From the IMG/VR virus record IMGVR_UViG_3300018089_000001, positions 121,487 through 185,486 of that record: DNA of 64,000 bases, one strand, 5' to 3'. The notes below the pieces were generated by a model. It was not told the origin of the DNA. It ran no database searches and saw only the letters and a program-made list of their open reading frames with translations. Of this stretch, positions 54,778 to 64,000 are shown in pieces; positions within the stretch are counted from its first letter, which is position 1; the number at the start of each line of letters is the position of its first letter. This stretch comes from a virus (taxonomy: Duplodnaviria; Caudoviricetes). The translations under genes were made by a program, and so were the position numbers.

Positions 54778-54956
54778 AAAGACAATTGACTGCGCGTGAG
54801 CACGCGCTCAACCACATGCAGCAGAAATTCTGTAGGATCCTGAAGCAAAGGCCTGTCGAAGAACAGGTGGAAGGGATGAGGCAGTTGCTGGGGGACATCC
54901 TCGATTTTCTGCGCAAGCATGATGTCTCCCCTCCTCAACAAGTTGAGGTAGAATAA
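54774..54956 (+). CDS. small hypothetical protein (lower GC)
   Basis: GAGGAG SD, GTG start. Confidence 0.5.
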   Translation: MKRQLTAREHALNHMQQKFCRILKQRPVEEQVEGMRQLLGDILDFLRKHDVSPPQQVEVE

Positions 54957-54960
54957 CCAC

Positions 54961-55260
54961 ATGCCGAAGACACTCGCGGCCGCCCTCGTCATGGCGGCCC
55001 TCCTCCCCCTCCCGTCATGCAAGCGCGTGCCCTCCGCCGAGGTCCCGCCCCCGGTGGCCAGGGGCTCCTGCCTGGTCAACCGCTGGTACGGCGGGGTCGC
55101 CGTCGACCAGGACTGCAGCATGGGCGGCTACGCCTGGCACTGCACCCAGGCGATCGGGGACGACTCCCCGGCGGCCTGCACCCGCGGCCCCGAGGTCGGG
55201 GAGGCCCCGGCCCGGGTCGTCCCGAACCCGACGCCCGCCGACGCGGGGGCGAACCCGTGA
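54961..55260 (+). CDS. putative lipoprotein
   Basis: Signal peptide ending LPSC. Confidence 0.55.
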   Translation: MPKTLAAALVMAALLPLPSCKRVPSAEVPPPVARGSCLVNRWYGGVAVDQDCSMGGYAWHCTQAIGDDSPAACTRGPEVGEAPARVVPNPTPADAGANP

Positions 55261-55514
55261 GGACCGCGTACGTCGTGACGTGGTGCGGGTACCTGGCCGA
55301 CCCCAAGCCGACCCCCCGCCTGACGCCGGACCGCCCGGCCGCGGTCGCCGAGGTCGAGCGCCTCCTCGGCCGGGAGACCGTCCGGGCGCTCCCGGAGAAC
55401 ACGCGCGCGGTCCGGGAGTTCCTCGAGGGCCGGCAGTCCTGCCTGATCGCCTGGTCGGCCCCCTTCCCCCACGGGGGGCCGTTCGCCTTCGTGACCGAGG
55501 TGGAGGTCCCGTGA
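55257..55514 (+). CDS. hypothetical protein
   Basis: Coupled GTGA. Confidence 0.55.
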   Translation: MRTAYVVTWCGYLADPKPTPRLTPDRPAAVAEVERLLGRETVRALPENTRAVREFLEGRQSCLIAWSAPFPHGGPFAFVTEVEVP

Positions 55515-55966
55515 CGGACCGCGAGTGCTTCGAGGCCGTCCGGGCCCACCTGCTGGCCCAGGGACGACGGGCCACCCTCGGGGACACCGGCCGCTGCCGG
55601 TACCGCGTCGTCGAGCCCGACGGGACGGTGCTGCGGTGCGCCGTGGGGTGCCTGGTCCCGGAGGAGGAGTACGTCGAGGGCATCGAGGGCTGCCCGGCCC
55701 ACGACATCGCGCCCTTCCTGACGGACGCGGGGGTGCTGCCCCCGTGCGCCGCGCGTCCCGATGCCCACGCCCGGCGGCTGACGCTACTCCAGCGGCTCCA
55801 GCGGGTCCACGACGCGGTCGACCCCGCGGGCTGGCGGGACGCGCTGGACCGCCAGGCGGGATCGTTCCACCCCGACGGGGCCCTCGCGGCGCTGCCCACG
55901 TGGGACGAGACGGTCGCGGCCGCGGGCCTCATCGGCCTCATCGGCCATCCGGTCCCCCCGAAGTGA
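55511..55966 (+). CDS. hypothetical phage protein
   Basis: HLLAQG..CRYR..CAVGCLVP..LQRVHD. Confidence 0.65.
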   Translation: MTDRECFEAVRAHLLAQGRRATLGDTGRCRYRVVEPDGTVLRCAVGCLVPEEEYVEGIEGCPAHDIAPFLTDAGVLPPCAARPDAHARRLTLLQRLQRVHDAVDPAGWRDALDRQAGSFHPDGALAALPTWDETVAAAGLIGLIGHPVPPK

Positions 55967-55984
55967 CCTCCCAGGAGCCCGGCG

Positions 55985-56350
55985 CGCGGGAGGGGAAAGC
56001 CGCCGAGGCCTCACGGGAAAACCCCCCGGGACCGTCGCGGGGAAAGAGGAGCCGAGGCGGTCCCGCGGGAAAACGGGGTCCCGGCTTCAGTGACAGGAAA
56101 GCCGTCGCGGTCCCGCGGGAAAAACTCAGGCCACGGCGCGCGGGGGGTAAGCCGGGCCCCAGGAATACCAATATTCCCCATGAACCCAATACCATTATTG
56201 GTATTGAAATTTTTGGAATTCAACTATTTAAAATTGGAATATAATATACATTCATAATAAAGGAAAGGGTATATAGGTATTAATTTTGGTATTATAATTT
56301 TGGTATTTCAATAGGAATTATTAGAATTTAATATCAACCCATAATAAAAC
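55985..56350. other. GGAAA repeats followed by an extreme AT-rich island (origin/packaging/UP-like)
   Basis: Six GGAAA(AA) units, then ~190 nt almost all A/T with TTGGTATT/TTGGAAT repeats. Confidence 0.6.
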
Positions 56351-56452
56351 GCAACCCAGTGGAGGGGTGGTCCGTCGTGGGCTCGAGTCACCGCACACCG
56401 GCCGAACCGGGATGTCCCCGGGGTCGGACCGGAGCCAGGAGACTCAAGCACC

Positions 56453-57007
56453 ATGTCGACCAAGATCCAGACCCCCGCCTACGCCCGCTTCGTGAACCAG
56501 CTCGTCGCCAAGTTCCAGTCCCTCGACATCCCCCTCGTCCCCGTGGCCGAGGAGGGCGCCAAGGACGGGTTCCACGGCAACGAGGGGTGGGTCCTGTTCC
56601 AGGTGATCGGCACCGAGGACAAGCTCTACGCGCGGCGGACCAGGGGCGGTGACCCCACGACGATCCACACCAGCATCCCCTTCGACCTCATCCCCCCGGC
56701 CCTCGTCAAGGAGGACCTCCGGGGCAAGGTGGGGAAGATCGAGGCCTCGATCAAGGTCGACCTCGAGGGGATCGCCTCTGGGCTGCTCCCGGTGTACAGG
56801 GACCGCCTCCTCAACGGCGACAAGCTCCGCGCCTCCAAGGCGCCCGTCCGGCGCGCCTCCGGGGGCGCCTCCCCGGCGGCCCTCGACTCCTCCGAGCGCG
56901 CCGAGCTGGACGCCCTCCGGGCCGCCCAGGCCGCCCAGAAGGCCCAGTTGGAGCGGGAGGAGGCCGACCGCCGGGCGGCCGCCGAGGCCTCGGTCTTCCA
57001 GGCCTGA
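56453..57007 (+). CDS. hypothetical early protein
   Basis: AGGAG SD; strongly C3-biased codons. Confidence 0.75.
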   Translation: MSTKIQTPAYARFVNQLVAKFQSLDIPLVPVAEEGAKDGFHGNEGWVLFQVIGTEDKLYARRTRGGDPTTIHTSIPFDLIPPALVKEDLRGKVGKIEASIKVDLEGIASGLLPVYRDRLLNGDKLRASKAPVRRASGGASPAALDSSERAELDALRAAQAAQKAQLEREEADRRAAAEASVFQA

Positions 57008-57213
57008 GGCCCCGCCTCCGGGCGTCGCAACCGTGAGGCGCCTCACCGAAAGACCCCGGCCCTCCGCCTGGGGGAAAGCGGTGTTTCCGGCGCCCGCTGT
57101 CACTGAACAACATTCGAGGCCCCTCCCGGGCCACTGACCAGGAGCACGACCGGCCCTTGGCCGTCCCTCCTCCTGGCCGGTAACGCGGGAGAGACCGCGA
57201 GAAGGAGGCCGCC

Positions 57214-57390
57214 GTGGCCGAGACGAGCACGAACGAGTCCGAGACCCTCCGCTTCGCCCGGGCCCTCCGCGCGGAGATCGACCGGGAGTACTACCACGCC
57301 GACTCCGGCCCGGTCTCCGAGGCCCTGCTGGCCGTCCGGGACGCGATCGACCGGGCGATGGAGTCGGCCCTCGGGGTGGTCCGGGACTAG
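57214..57390 (+). CDS. small hypothetical protein
   Basis: AAGGAGG SD + GTG. Confidence 0.6.
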   Translation: MAETSTNESETLRFARALRAEIDREYYHADSGPVSEALLAVRDAIDRAMESALGVVRD

Positions 57391-57769
57391 GAGCGACGGG
57401 GCCCGGAGGGGGCTCTGAGGGACTCCGGGGGGCTCTGAGGGGCCTTCACAGCTTTCAACTCCGCTTGAAAGTTGCGGGGTCTCCCGGGCCCGACTGGGCC
57501 GCCGGGCCTCGGGGACTCCCCCTCCCCCTCCCATCCCCCACCGGCGCCACGGTCCCGGCCGCCCCGCGGCCCGTCCGGGGGGACGGGCCGCGGGGCGGCC
57601 GGTCCGCCGCTCCGGGTCCCCCGCGCGCGCGTGGGGGGTAAATATGATGCCGTCCCCCTCTGGGGAGCCGGGGCCCGTCCGCGGGTCAAACCGGTCACCA
57701 TCCCACGCGGGGGGGACGGCCTCCGATCGGGTCCGGAGTCGACTTCCCTCCGGACCGGACAGGAGCGAC

Positions 57770-58000
57770 ATGCACTACGTCGTCCAGCACCTCCGGCTCG
57801 ACCGGCGGGACCGGGAGACCGGCCACCCCGTGGTCGACCTCCGGCTCTACGCGGACCCCGCCGTCGCCTGGAGCGAGGCGGCCCGGCTCGCGGGCATGCA
57901 CGGGCTCGGGGCCCACGGGACCGACGGCTCGGGCCGGCCCCCGGCGTACGCCGGGCCGGCCGGGTCGGTCGACGTCGTCCCGCTGGAGGTCCGGTCGTGA
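57770..58000 (+). CDS. hypothetical early protein
   Basis: After repeat leader. Confidence 0.65.
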   Translation: MHYVVQHLRLDRRDRETGHPVVDLRLYADPAVAWSEAARLAGMHGLGAHGTDGSGRPPAYAGPAGSVDVVPLEVRS

Positions 58001-58398
58001 CCCGGGCCACGCTCTCCGTGCGGAGCCCCCTCGGGTACGGGGACGTCGGGGACGGGTGGCGGCGGCGCCGCTCTTGCGGGGGGAACTGAGGTGGAGGGGG
58101 CCCTCGGTTTCGTCCGCTGGTACGTGCTGGCCCGGCTGTCGGCGGTGGCCCTGGAGCTCGGCCGGTCCGCGGACGGGAGCCCCCCGCCTGACGCGGCGGT
58201 CTGCGAGGCCTGGTACGCGCTCAGCGACCTCGCCTACGTCGCGCTGCGGGACGGGTGATGCCTCCGGGACGGAGGCGAGGGGAGGGCCGGACGTGTTGCG
58301 GGGCCACGGGTCCCGCCGTTCCGATCGGGTCCGGGAACGGGCGTATGGTCCGCATCCGCGGATCGCTCGCCCCCTCCCCCGGGTCCGACAGGAGCGAC

Positions 58399-58599
58399 AT
58401 GGGTGACATCGATGTTGTCGCGGCCGGCGCCGCGCCGGCGGTTCCGACGGAGCGGGGGCGGCGGGCGGCCGCCGGGGAGGAGGCCGCGGCGCGGTGGTCC
58501 GCCGCGTGGCGGGCCTTCGTCGACGGCGCGGTCCGGTGGTACGGGGCCCGCTGCCTGGCCGGGGAGGGGCCCGAGCCTCTCCTCCGGGACCCCCGGTGA
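58399..58599 (+). CDS. hypothetical early protein
   Basis: After repeat leader. Confidence 0.55.
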   Translation: MGDIDVVAAGAAPAVPTERGRRAAAGEEAAARWSAAWRAFVDGAVRWYGARCLAGEGPEPLLRDPR

Positions 58600-58986
58600 C
58601 GCGGTGGGCGCTCGCCGCGTGCGCCGTCCTCGGGCTCGTCGGGTACGCGGCGGCGGGGCCCGGGACGGGCGGCCCCCGCGCCGCGGTCGACGAGGCCTGC
58701 CTGTTCCTGGCGGGCCTGCTCGTCCTCGTCGGGGTCCTCGGGGCCGGGCCGTGAGGGCCCGCGGCTCCGGGGCGCCGCCGGCGGTCGCCGGGGTCGTCGT
58801 CCGGGTCGTCCACGACCCGGGCTCCGGCGCCGAGGCCGCGCTGGCCGCCCTCCTGGTCGAGCTCGCCGACCGGCTGCGGCGGGTCCCGGGCGTGGCGGCG
58901 GTGCGGGTCTCCCTCGGGTGAGGGGGGGGGCCCGCCGCTCCGATCGGGCCCCGGGTCCACATCCCCCGGGACCGGACAGGAGCGAG

Positions 58987-59304
58987 ATGACCAAGAGCGA
59001 GCGGTACGCCGTGACCGTCTTCCACGGCGAGTCGGAGGCCATCCACGCGGTGGAGGGGCCCGCGGTCGGGGACCTGACCCGGGCCGTGCTGGGGTGCATC
59101 CCCGGCTGCCGGGTGCTGGTGGGCCCGGAGGGCGACGCCCGGTCGCCCGCGGACACCCTCGGGGGCCTGGTCCGGACCCTGGTCGGGATGATGGCCCGGG
59201 GGGTCGACCCGGCCACGCCGGTCCGGGTGGCCGCATACGGGGCGACGGAGCCGCGGCGGCCGCGGCCGGACGCGGAGCACGCCCGCGGGCGGGTGCTGCT
59301 GTGA
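58987..59304 (+). CDS. hypothetical early protein
   Basis: After repeat leader. Confidence 0.65.
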   Translation: MTKSERYAVTVFHGESEAIHAVEGPAVGDLTRAVLGCIPGCRVLVGPEGDARSPADTLGGLVRTLVGMMARGVDPATPVRVAAYGATEPRRPRPDAEHARGRVLL

Positions 59305-59427
59305 ACCGGGTCGCGGTCGAGCGGCGCTGCCACTGAGGGCTCCGGCCGCCGGACGGCGGTCCCGGGGACGCCGGGGGGGCACCCCCGCCGCGCCCGGGGG
59401 TTCCGTCCCCCGAGAGGAGAGGATGAG

Positions 59428-59583
59428 ATGCGAACTGTCCTGATCGTGTTGGGGCTCGCCGCGTGCGGGCCCGCGCCGGTGGCCCGCACGGCCGCCCTCC
59501 GCGTGACCGTCACCGCCGTCTGCCCGGCCGAGCCCGCCCGTCCGGTCGCTCCGGCCCCGGCGGCGGCTCCGGTCCGCCGGTGA
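59428..59583 (+). CDS. small lipoprotein
   Basis: MRTVLIVLGLAAC lipobox; GAGGAGAGG SD. Confidence 0.55.
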   Translation: MRTVLIVLGLAACGPAPVARTAALRVTVTAVCPAEPARPVAPAPAAAPVRR

Positions 59584-59963
59584 GGGCCCGGGAGGACCGG
59601 GGTTGGGTCTGGAAGTCCCCCCCGTCCGACGCCGGGGACGCGGGGGACGTCGAGCGGGAGCTCGCCCTCAGGATGCGGATCGAGGCGCTCCGCCGCGACG
59701 CGGTGCGGGCCGTCGGGCGGGCCATGGCCGCCGTCCGGGCGGGGCGCCCGTGATCCTCCTCCTGGAGGTCGTGGGCGCCCTGTTCGGGCTCGGGCTGCTC
59801 GGCTCGGGGGCCCTGCTGGTGCTGTGGGCGCTCTGGGAGCTCGTCTCGGCGCCGCTCCGGCGGGACGGGTGATGTTCCCGGGCGGGGGCCGCGGGCCCGC
59901 GGGACGGTCTGAGGGGACTCCCTCCGGTCGTCCCGCGGTCCACACGGACCGAGGAGGAACGCG

Positions 59964-60485
59964 ATGTCTCAGAATGACGCGGGGCCGCTCGCGGCGGCCA
60001 TCGGGGCGCTGCTGGCGGACCCGAGCGCGCGGCTGCTGCCGCTGATCCTGAACCCCCCGGCCTTCCCGGGGGAGGAGGAGTGGGCGTTCTACGACGCCGT
60101 GGTCCGGCCGCTGCTGGAGCGGCACGGGTGGGTGCTCGAGGACGAGCACGTCCCGATCGCCTGCGCGGAGCACTGGCGGATCGAGCTGGACAACATCAAC
60201 GAGAGCGACGTGGACGAGGGGCCGCTCGGGTCGATCGCGGCGGCGCTGCTGCTGATGGAGCCCGTCTCCGACGCGGCCCGGGCGTACCGGGCCGACCCGG
60301 CGACGCTCACGCCGCTCGCCGTGGCCGTGACGCCGCTGGTCCGGGCGGTGATCGCGGAGGTCGGGCGACTGGGCCGGGCCGCGCCCCTGAACGTGGACGT
60401 CCCCGGCGAGGGCCTGTCCGCGTACGGGGCCTCGGACATGTTCGCGGCGGTCGTCCGGGACGCGGGGGGCGGGTCAAAGGACTGA
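59964..60485 (+). CDS. hypothetical protein (MSQNDAGP N-terminus)
   Basis: GAGGAGG SD. Confidence 0.7.
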   Translation: MSQNDAGPLAAAIGALLADPSARLLPLILNPPAFPGEEEWAFYDAVVRPLLERHGWVLEDEHVPIACAEHWRIELDNINESDVDEGPLGSIAAALLLMEPVSDAARAYRADPATLTPLAVAVTPLVRAVIAEVGRLGRAAPLNVDVPGEGLSAYGASDMFAAVVRDAGGGSKD

Positions 60486-60547
60486 CCGGGGGAGCCGGTC
60501 GCGGCTCCGATTGCGGGCCCGTTGGGCCCGGAACAGGAGACACGACG

Positions 60548-60931
60548 ATGGACGGGAAGCTCAGGAGCGACTATCCGATCGACCTCAATGCCCTAGAGGC
60601 CCTCGCGGGGGAGATCCGGGACGACGTGGGGGGATACGCGGCGACGCTGCGGTTCATGGTGGACCTGCGGTACTACCAGGTCTGCCGGGGACTGCGGGTG
60701 TCCCGGGAGGGTGGACTGGACAGGTCCGCCAACCGGGGCTGGACCTCGGCCCACATGGACGAGCTGCTGGCGAGGGCCCGGGCCGAGGCGGGCCGCCTCG
60801 ACCGGTTCCTGGCGGCCCTCTCCCCGGCCGACTTCGCCGGCGGGCCGACGTTCCTCGAGAACCTCGAGGCGTGGGTGGCGGACGGGATGCCCGGACCGGT
60901 CGAGGACGGGCCCACCCCCTGGCCGGACTGA
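60548..60931 (+). CDS. hypothetical early protein
   Basis: After repeat leader. Confidence 0.7.
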   Translation: MDGKLRSDYPIDLNALEALAGEIRDDVGGYAATLRFMVDLRYYQVCRGLRVSREGGLDRSANRGWTSAHMDELLARARAEAGRLDRFLAALSPADFAGGPTFLENLEAWVADGMPGPVEDGPTPWPD

Positions 60932-61020
60932 CGGGACGGAGGGCCCGCGGGGCCCACGGGAGCGTCGGAGCGGGGACGCTCCGGCGCCCCCGTGGTCCGA
61001 ACGGACCGAGGGAGGAAGCG

Positions 61021-61260
61021 ATGTCTCAGAATGACGCGGGGCCGCGGGGGCCGGCCGTCGGCTCCCCGACGGCCGGGCGGAGGCGGCTGGCGCTGCGGCC
61101 GCTGACGCTGCGCGGGCTCACGCTGCGGGACGACGGGGCCGGTCCGGCCCCGAGCGGCCGGGGGTGCACGGGCGTCGGCTGCACGGGCGTCGGCTGCACC
61201 GGCCGGGGATGCAGCGGGGGCGGGTGCTCGGGCGGATGCGACACCCGGAGGGGGTGCTGA
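61021..61260 (+). CDS. lanthipeptide-precursor-like peptide
   Basis: GGAGG SD; leader RRRLALRPLTLRGLT; core of seven S/T-x2-3-C units. Confidence 0.65.
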   Translation: MSQNDAGPRGPAVGSPTAGRRRLALRPLTLRGLTLRDDGAGPAPSGRGCTGVGCTGVGCTGRGCSGGGCSGGCDTRRGC

Positions 61261-61329
61261 CGGCGGGGGAGGGGGCGGCGCCCCCGATCGGGTCCCGGAC
61301 GACGCCGGGACCGGACAGGAGGAACCGCG

Positions 61330-61791
61330 ATGAGTGAGAAGAGAAGCGCCGCGGCGGCGCTGCTGCAGGCCCTGCTGCACAGGCTGGACGCCCGTGAGAC
61401 GGACGCGGCGAACAAGCGTCACCGGGCGCTGGACCCGGACACGAGGGCCGTCGAGGGCGCCCGGCTGTCCGTCTTCAGCGAGCTGCGGGAGGACGTCCGG
61501 GCCGTCCTCGGGCAGCTCACCGGGGAGGAGCCGCCGGCCCGGCGGTATCCGCTCCGGACCGTCAGTGTCACGTGGCACACGACCCACCCGAACGTCGCCC
61601 GCCGGCGGATCGACCACCTGCGCCAGGCCCATCGGATGGACGCGGCGACCCCCGAGGGGCTCCTCGGGCGGGCCCTTTGGGCCGTCGAGTGTTACCTCCG
61701 ATCGGACGACTACTCCGGTCTGGAGGAGGCCGAGGCGCTGGTGCTGCGGCTGGCGGAGCTGGCCGGGCTCCCGCTGCCGGGGGACCCGTGA
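61330..61791 (+). CDS. hypothetical early protein
   Basis: AGGAGG SD in repeat leader. Confidence 0.7.
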   Translation: MSEKRSAAAALLQALLHRLDARETDAANKRHRALDPDTRAVEGARLSVFSELREDVRAVLGQLTGEEPPARRYPLRTVSVTWHTTHPNVARRRIDHLRQAHRMDAATPEGLLGRALWAVECYLRSDDYSGLEEAEALVLRLAELAGLPLPGDP

Positions 61792-62165
61792 CGTCGGGGC
61801 CGCTGTACGCCGCGCTGCGGCACGCGGGCCGCAGGGGGTCATACCACGTGACCCTGGACGTGTACGCCGACCCGGAGTCGGCGGCGCTGGTCCTCCTGCT
61901 CGAGCGGGACGGCCACCGCGGGATCGGACGGGCAGCGCCCCCCGGACCGGGACGGGTCGCCGTGCCCTCCCCGTACCCGGGGTATGAGATGGACGTCGAT
62001 CCGCTCGAGTTGGCCGCCATGGCGGCCCAGCTGCGGGCCGGGGCGCCGCTGTCCACGCGTCGGGACCCCGACGACCCGGACTACTCGGAGGAGGACGGGT
62101 GGGGCGAGGCCCACCTGATCGCGGTCTCCCCACCGATGCCGGGCCTTCCGGGGGCGCCGCCGTGA
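61788..62165 (+). CDS. hypothetical protein
   Basis: Coupled GTGA. Confidence 0.55.
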   Translation: MTSGPLYAALRHAGRRGSYHVTLDVYADPESAALVLLLERDGHRGIGRAAPPGPGRVAVPSPYPGYEMDVDPLELAAMAAQLRAGAPLSTRRDPDDPDYSEEDGWGEAHLIAVSPPMPGLPGAPP

Positions 62166-62377
62166 CGGTCTACGTCCTCTGGACGCCGTCCGCGGTCTGG
62201 ATCGCCCCGGGCGTCACGGCCGCGGACGCCGCGGACCAGATGCTGCGGGCGATGGGCCCGGACCACGAGCACCGCCGGTTCCTCGAGGACGGCGCGTACC
62301 GCCGGAACCTGGTGGGCACGCCGAACGCGGTGAGGGTCGTCCGGACGTTCGCCGCGTCGGACCTCGCGTACTACTAG
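62162..62377 (+). CDS. hypothetical protein
   Basis: Coupled GTGA. Confidence 0.55.
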   Translation: MTVYVLWTPSAVWIAPGVTAADAADQMLRAMGPDHEHRRFLEDGAYRRNLVGTPNAVRVVRTFAASDLAYY

Positions 62378-62395
62378 GGGGCCGTCGCTCCGGTC

Positions 62396-62468
62396 GTTTA
62401 TGGAATTTCATTCCATGTTTTTGGAATTTATTGTTCTTCCATAATACACCGGATTGGTGTGTTGTTGG
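62396..62468. other. second AT-rich island
   Basis: TGGAATTT x2, shared with the 56.2 kb island. Confidence 0.55.
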
Positions 62469-62548
62469 GGTGTCGCGCGCGTAGCGTCGCGCCGATCGGA
62501 CGTCGGAAAAGGGCGAGTCCTTCTCCCCGGCGTCGGACAGGAGCGACG

Positions 62549-63256
62549 ATGGCGATGAAGCTGAGGATCGTGATGTACGACGACGCTCTACCGGAGCATC
62601 TGCGGATCGAGCCATCCGGTGGGATCGGGATCGAGCTCGACCCGCGCGTCGAGTCCCGGATCATCCAGGAGGAGGTGTGGACGCAGACGGTCTGGCCCGA
62701 GGGGGAGTCGCCGCTGGCGGAGATGCTCGCGCAAGCGACGGACCCGACGGGTCCGGGCGAAGCGGTTCGGAGGATGTTCCTGGTGGTCCGCCACGTGCCG
62801 CACTCCCCGTCGGGAATCATGGCGTTCGCGTCCCCGGCGGAGGCCGGGGAGTACCGGGACCCCGACGGGGGGACCTTCGAGACCGTCACGGAGAGGGGGG
62901 TCCGGCGGGTCCTCGGGACCTGGGCGACGGTGGACCCGCGCGGGTTGGAGCCCGGGCCGAGGGCCCTGAGCGAGTGCGCCTGCTCCGGCCTGGGACCGGG
63001 GCTCGCCTACCCGACCCACCCGCCGGAGAGCGGGACCCGGTTGGCCGGACCCCGGCTCTCCCAGTGGTGGCCCGGGACGTACCTGCTCTACCAGCGGGGC
63101 ATCGAGTACTTCCGTCCCGGCGAGGAGCCGGACTGGCTGGCGCGGCCGGGTTCACCGCCGGCCCTTCGCCACAGGGTGGGCATGCTGCCTGCCTACCGCG
63201 ACGAGGCCACGGACGAGCTGGTGCCCGTGCTGCGGGTCCCAGAGAACCAGGCCTGA
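62549..63256 (+). CDS. hypothetical early protein
   Basis: After repeat leader. Confidence 0.7.
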   Translation: MAMKLRIVMYDDALPEHLRIEPSGGIGIELDPRVESRIIQEEVWTQTVWPEGESPLAEMLAQATDPTGPGEAVRRMFLVVRHVPHSPSGIMAFASPAEAGEYRDPDGGTFETVTERGVRRVLGTWATVDPRGLEPGPRALSECACSGLGPGLAYPTHPPESGTRLAGPRLSQWWPGTYLLYQRGIEYFRPGEEPDWLARPGSPPALRHRVGMLPAYRDEATDELVPVLRVPENQA

Positions 63257-63465
63257 TGCGGGGTCGAATCCAGGTAGTCCGGATCGGTGCGATCGCGGTC
63301 GCTCTCGTCCCGGACACCCCGGAGCGGGTCGAGGCCGGCCACTGGGGCGCGCACGTGACGCGGTGCGGCAAGGGCGCGCCGGTCCGGGTGTTCGTCCGGG
63401 CGCTCGGCGGGACCCTGGTCATCCAACACATCGAGGCCGACCGGCTCGCCTCGATCGGGGGGTGA
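63256..63465 (+). CDS. hypothetical protein
   Basis: Coupled TGATG. Confidence 0.5.
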   Translation: MRGRIQVVRIGAIAVALVPDTPERVEAGHWGAHVTRCGKGAPVRVFVRALGGTLVIQHIEADRLASIGG

Positions 63466-63554
63466 GGACGGGGAGGCCCACGGGCCCACGGGATCGTCGG
63501 AGGGAGCGTCCTCCGGGGACCCCGTGGTCCAATGGACCGGAAGGAGAGGAACGC

Positions 63555-64000
63555 ATGGAGAAGACGAGGGAGCTCGTGACGCAGGCGCTACGGGCGACGA
63601 TCGATCAACTGGCCGAGCTGCGACAGCTGCTCGACGGGGGGCTCGTGTCGGATGCGGAGGTGGCCGTCGCGGCGGTCGACCTGATGGCGACCCGTTGGAT
63701 GACATCGGAGATGCGGGCCCTGTACCCGCAGTCCGTCGGGGCCGTGACGCCCACGCGGCCGACGCTGGTCCACTTCCTGCCCGACGACCGGACGATCGGG
63801 CCGTTCCTCGACGAGGCCGCGGCGTCGCGGTGGCTGCACGACGTGCCGAACGCGCTGTTCGACAGCGTCGAGCGGCTCGAGCACGCGCGGGCCAACGCCG
63901 ACGTCCTGCTCTCCAAGCTGGAGGGACCGGACACGCCGCCGGACGCCCCGGTCCCGGAGATCACGTACCCCTCGGAGTGGAACGCGGACCTCGAGCCGGA
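63555..64000 (+). CDS. hypothetical protein (partial)
   Basis: MEKTRELVTQ..; hairpin + AGGAGAGG SD. Confidence 0.65.
   Translation, partial: MEKTRELVTQALRATIDQLAELRQLLDGGLVSDAEVAVAAVDLMATRWMTSEMRALYPQSVGAVTPTRPTLVHFLPDDRTIGPFLDEAAASRWLHDVPNALFDSVERLEHARANADVLLSKLEGPDTPPDAPVPEITYPSEWNADLEP

Larger units (their letters stand above)
57723..62551 (+). repeat. dispersed leader repeat CCGATCGG-hairpin-ACAGGAG-N4-8-ATG (copies at 57723, 58321, 58940, 60507, 61284, 62492)
   Basis: Direct sequence comparison; 60507 copy is degenerate. Confidence 0.85.

Noticed and set aside
57100-62133. Long Pro/Arg/Gly-rich minus-strand ORFs (57695-59236, 58221-60173, 60673-62133)
   Set aside because: Low-complexity shadows; SD-led genes are on the plus strand

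Overview
High-GC segment of a large myovirus-like (probably jumbo) phage genome. Bases 1-52.7k are almost entirely minus-strand. (i) Baseplate/tail genes (gp5/gpV-like, gp25, gp6/J-like, LamG and DNRLRE proteins) and a T4 gp55-like sigma factor. (ii) A ~20 kb surface-glycan cluster: ADP-heptose enzymes HldA/HldC/HldD-like, GT9/GT4/GT2 transferases including a triple fusion, UDP-Glc dehydrogenase, methyltransferases, GroES. (iii) An ~11 kb array of >40 tRNA genes covering all 20 amino acids, invaded by HNH/GIY-YIG endonucleases and containing a Ro60/TROVE gene. (iv) DNA-repair genes (MBD4-like, Fpg; an Ogt lies in the glycan cluster) and a cyclic-phosphate receiver protein. From 52.7k genes switch mostly to the plus strand, GC rises further, and small genes follow repeated hairpin+SD leaders and two very AT-rich islands. 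Most striking: four related Y-RNA-like genes directly upstream of TROVE share one scaffold but each displays a different tRNA anticodon loop (Pro/Thr/Glu/Gly), and one carries a complete circularly permuted tRNA. Nearby are a split mimic of the 23S rRNA L11-binding domain and other tRNA-mimic RNAs, suggesting an RNA-decoy/repair system against host ribotoxins. A lanthipeptide-precursor-like peptide sits in the early region. All calls are by manual motif recognition; no databases were searched.
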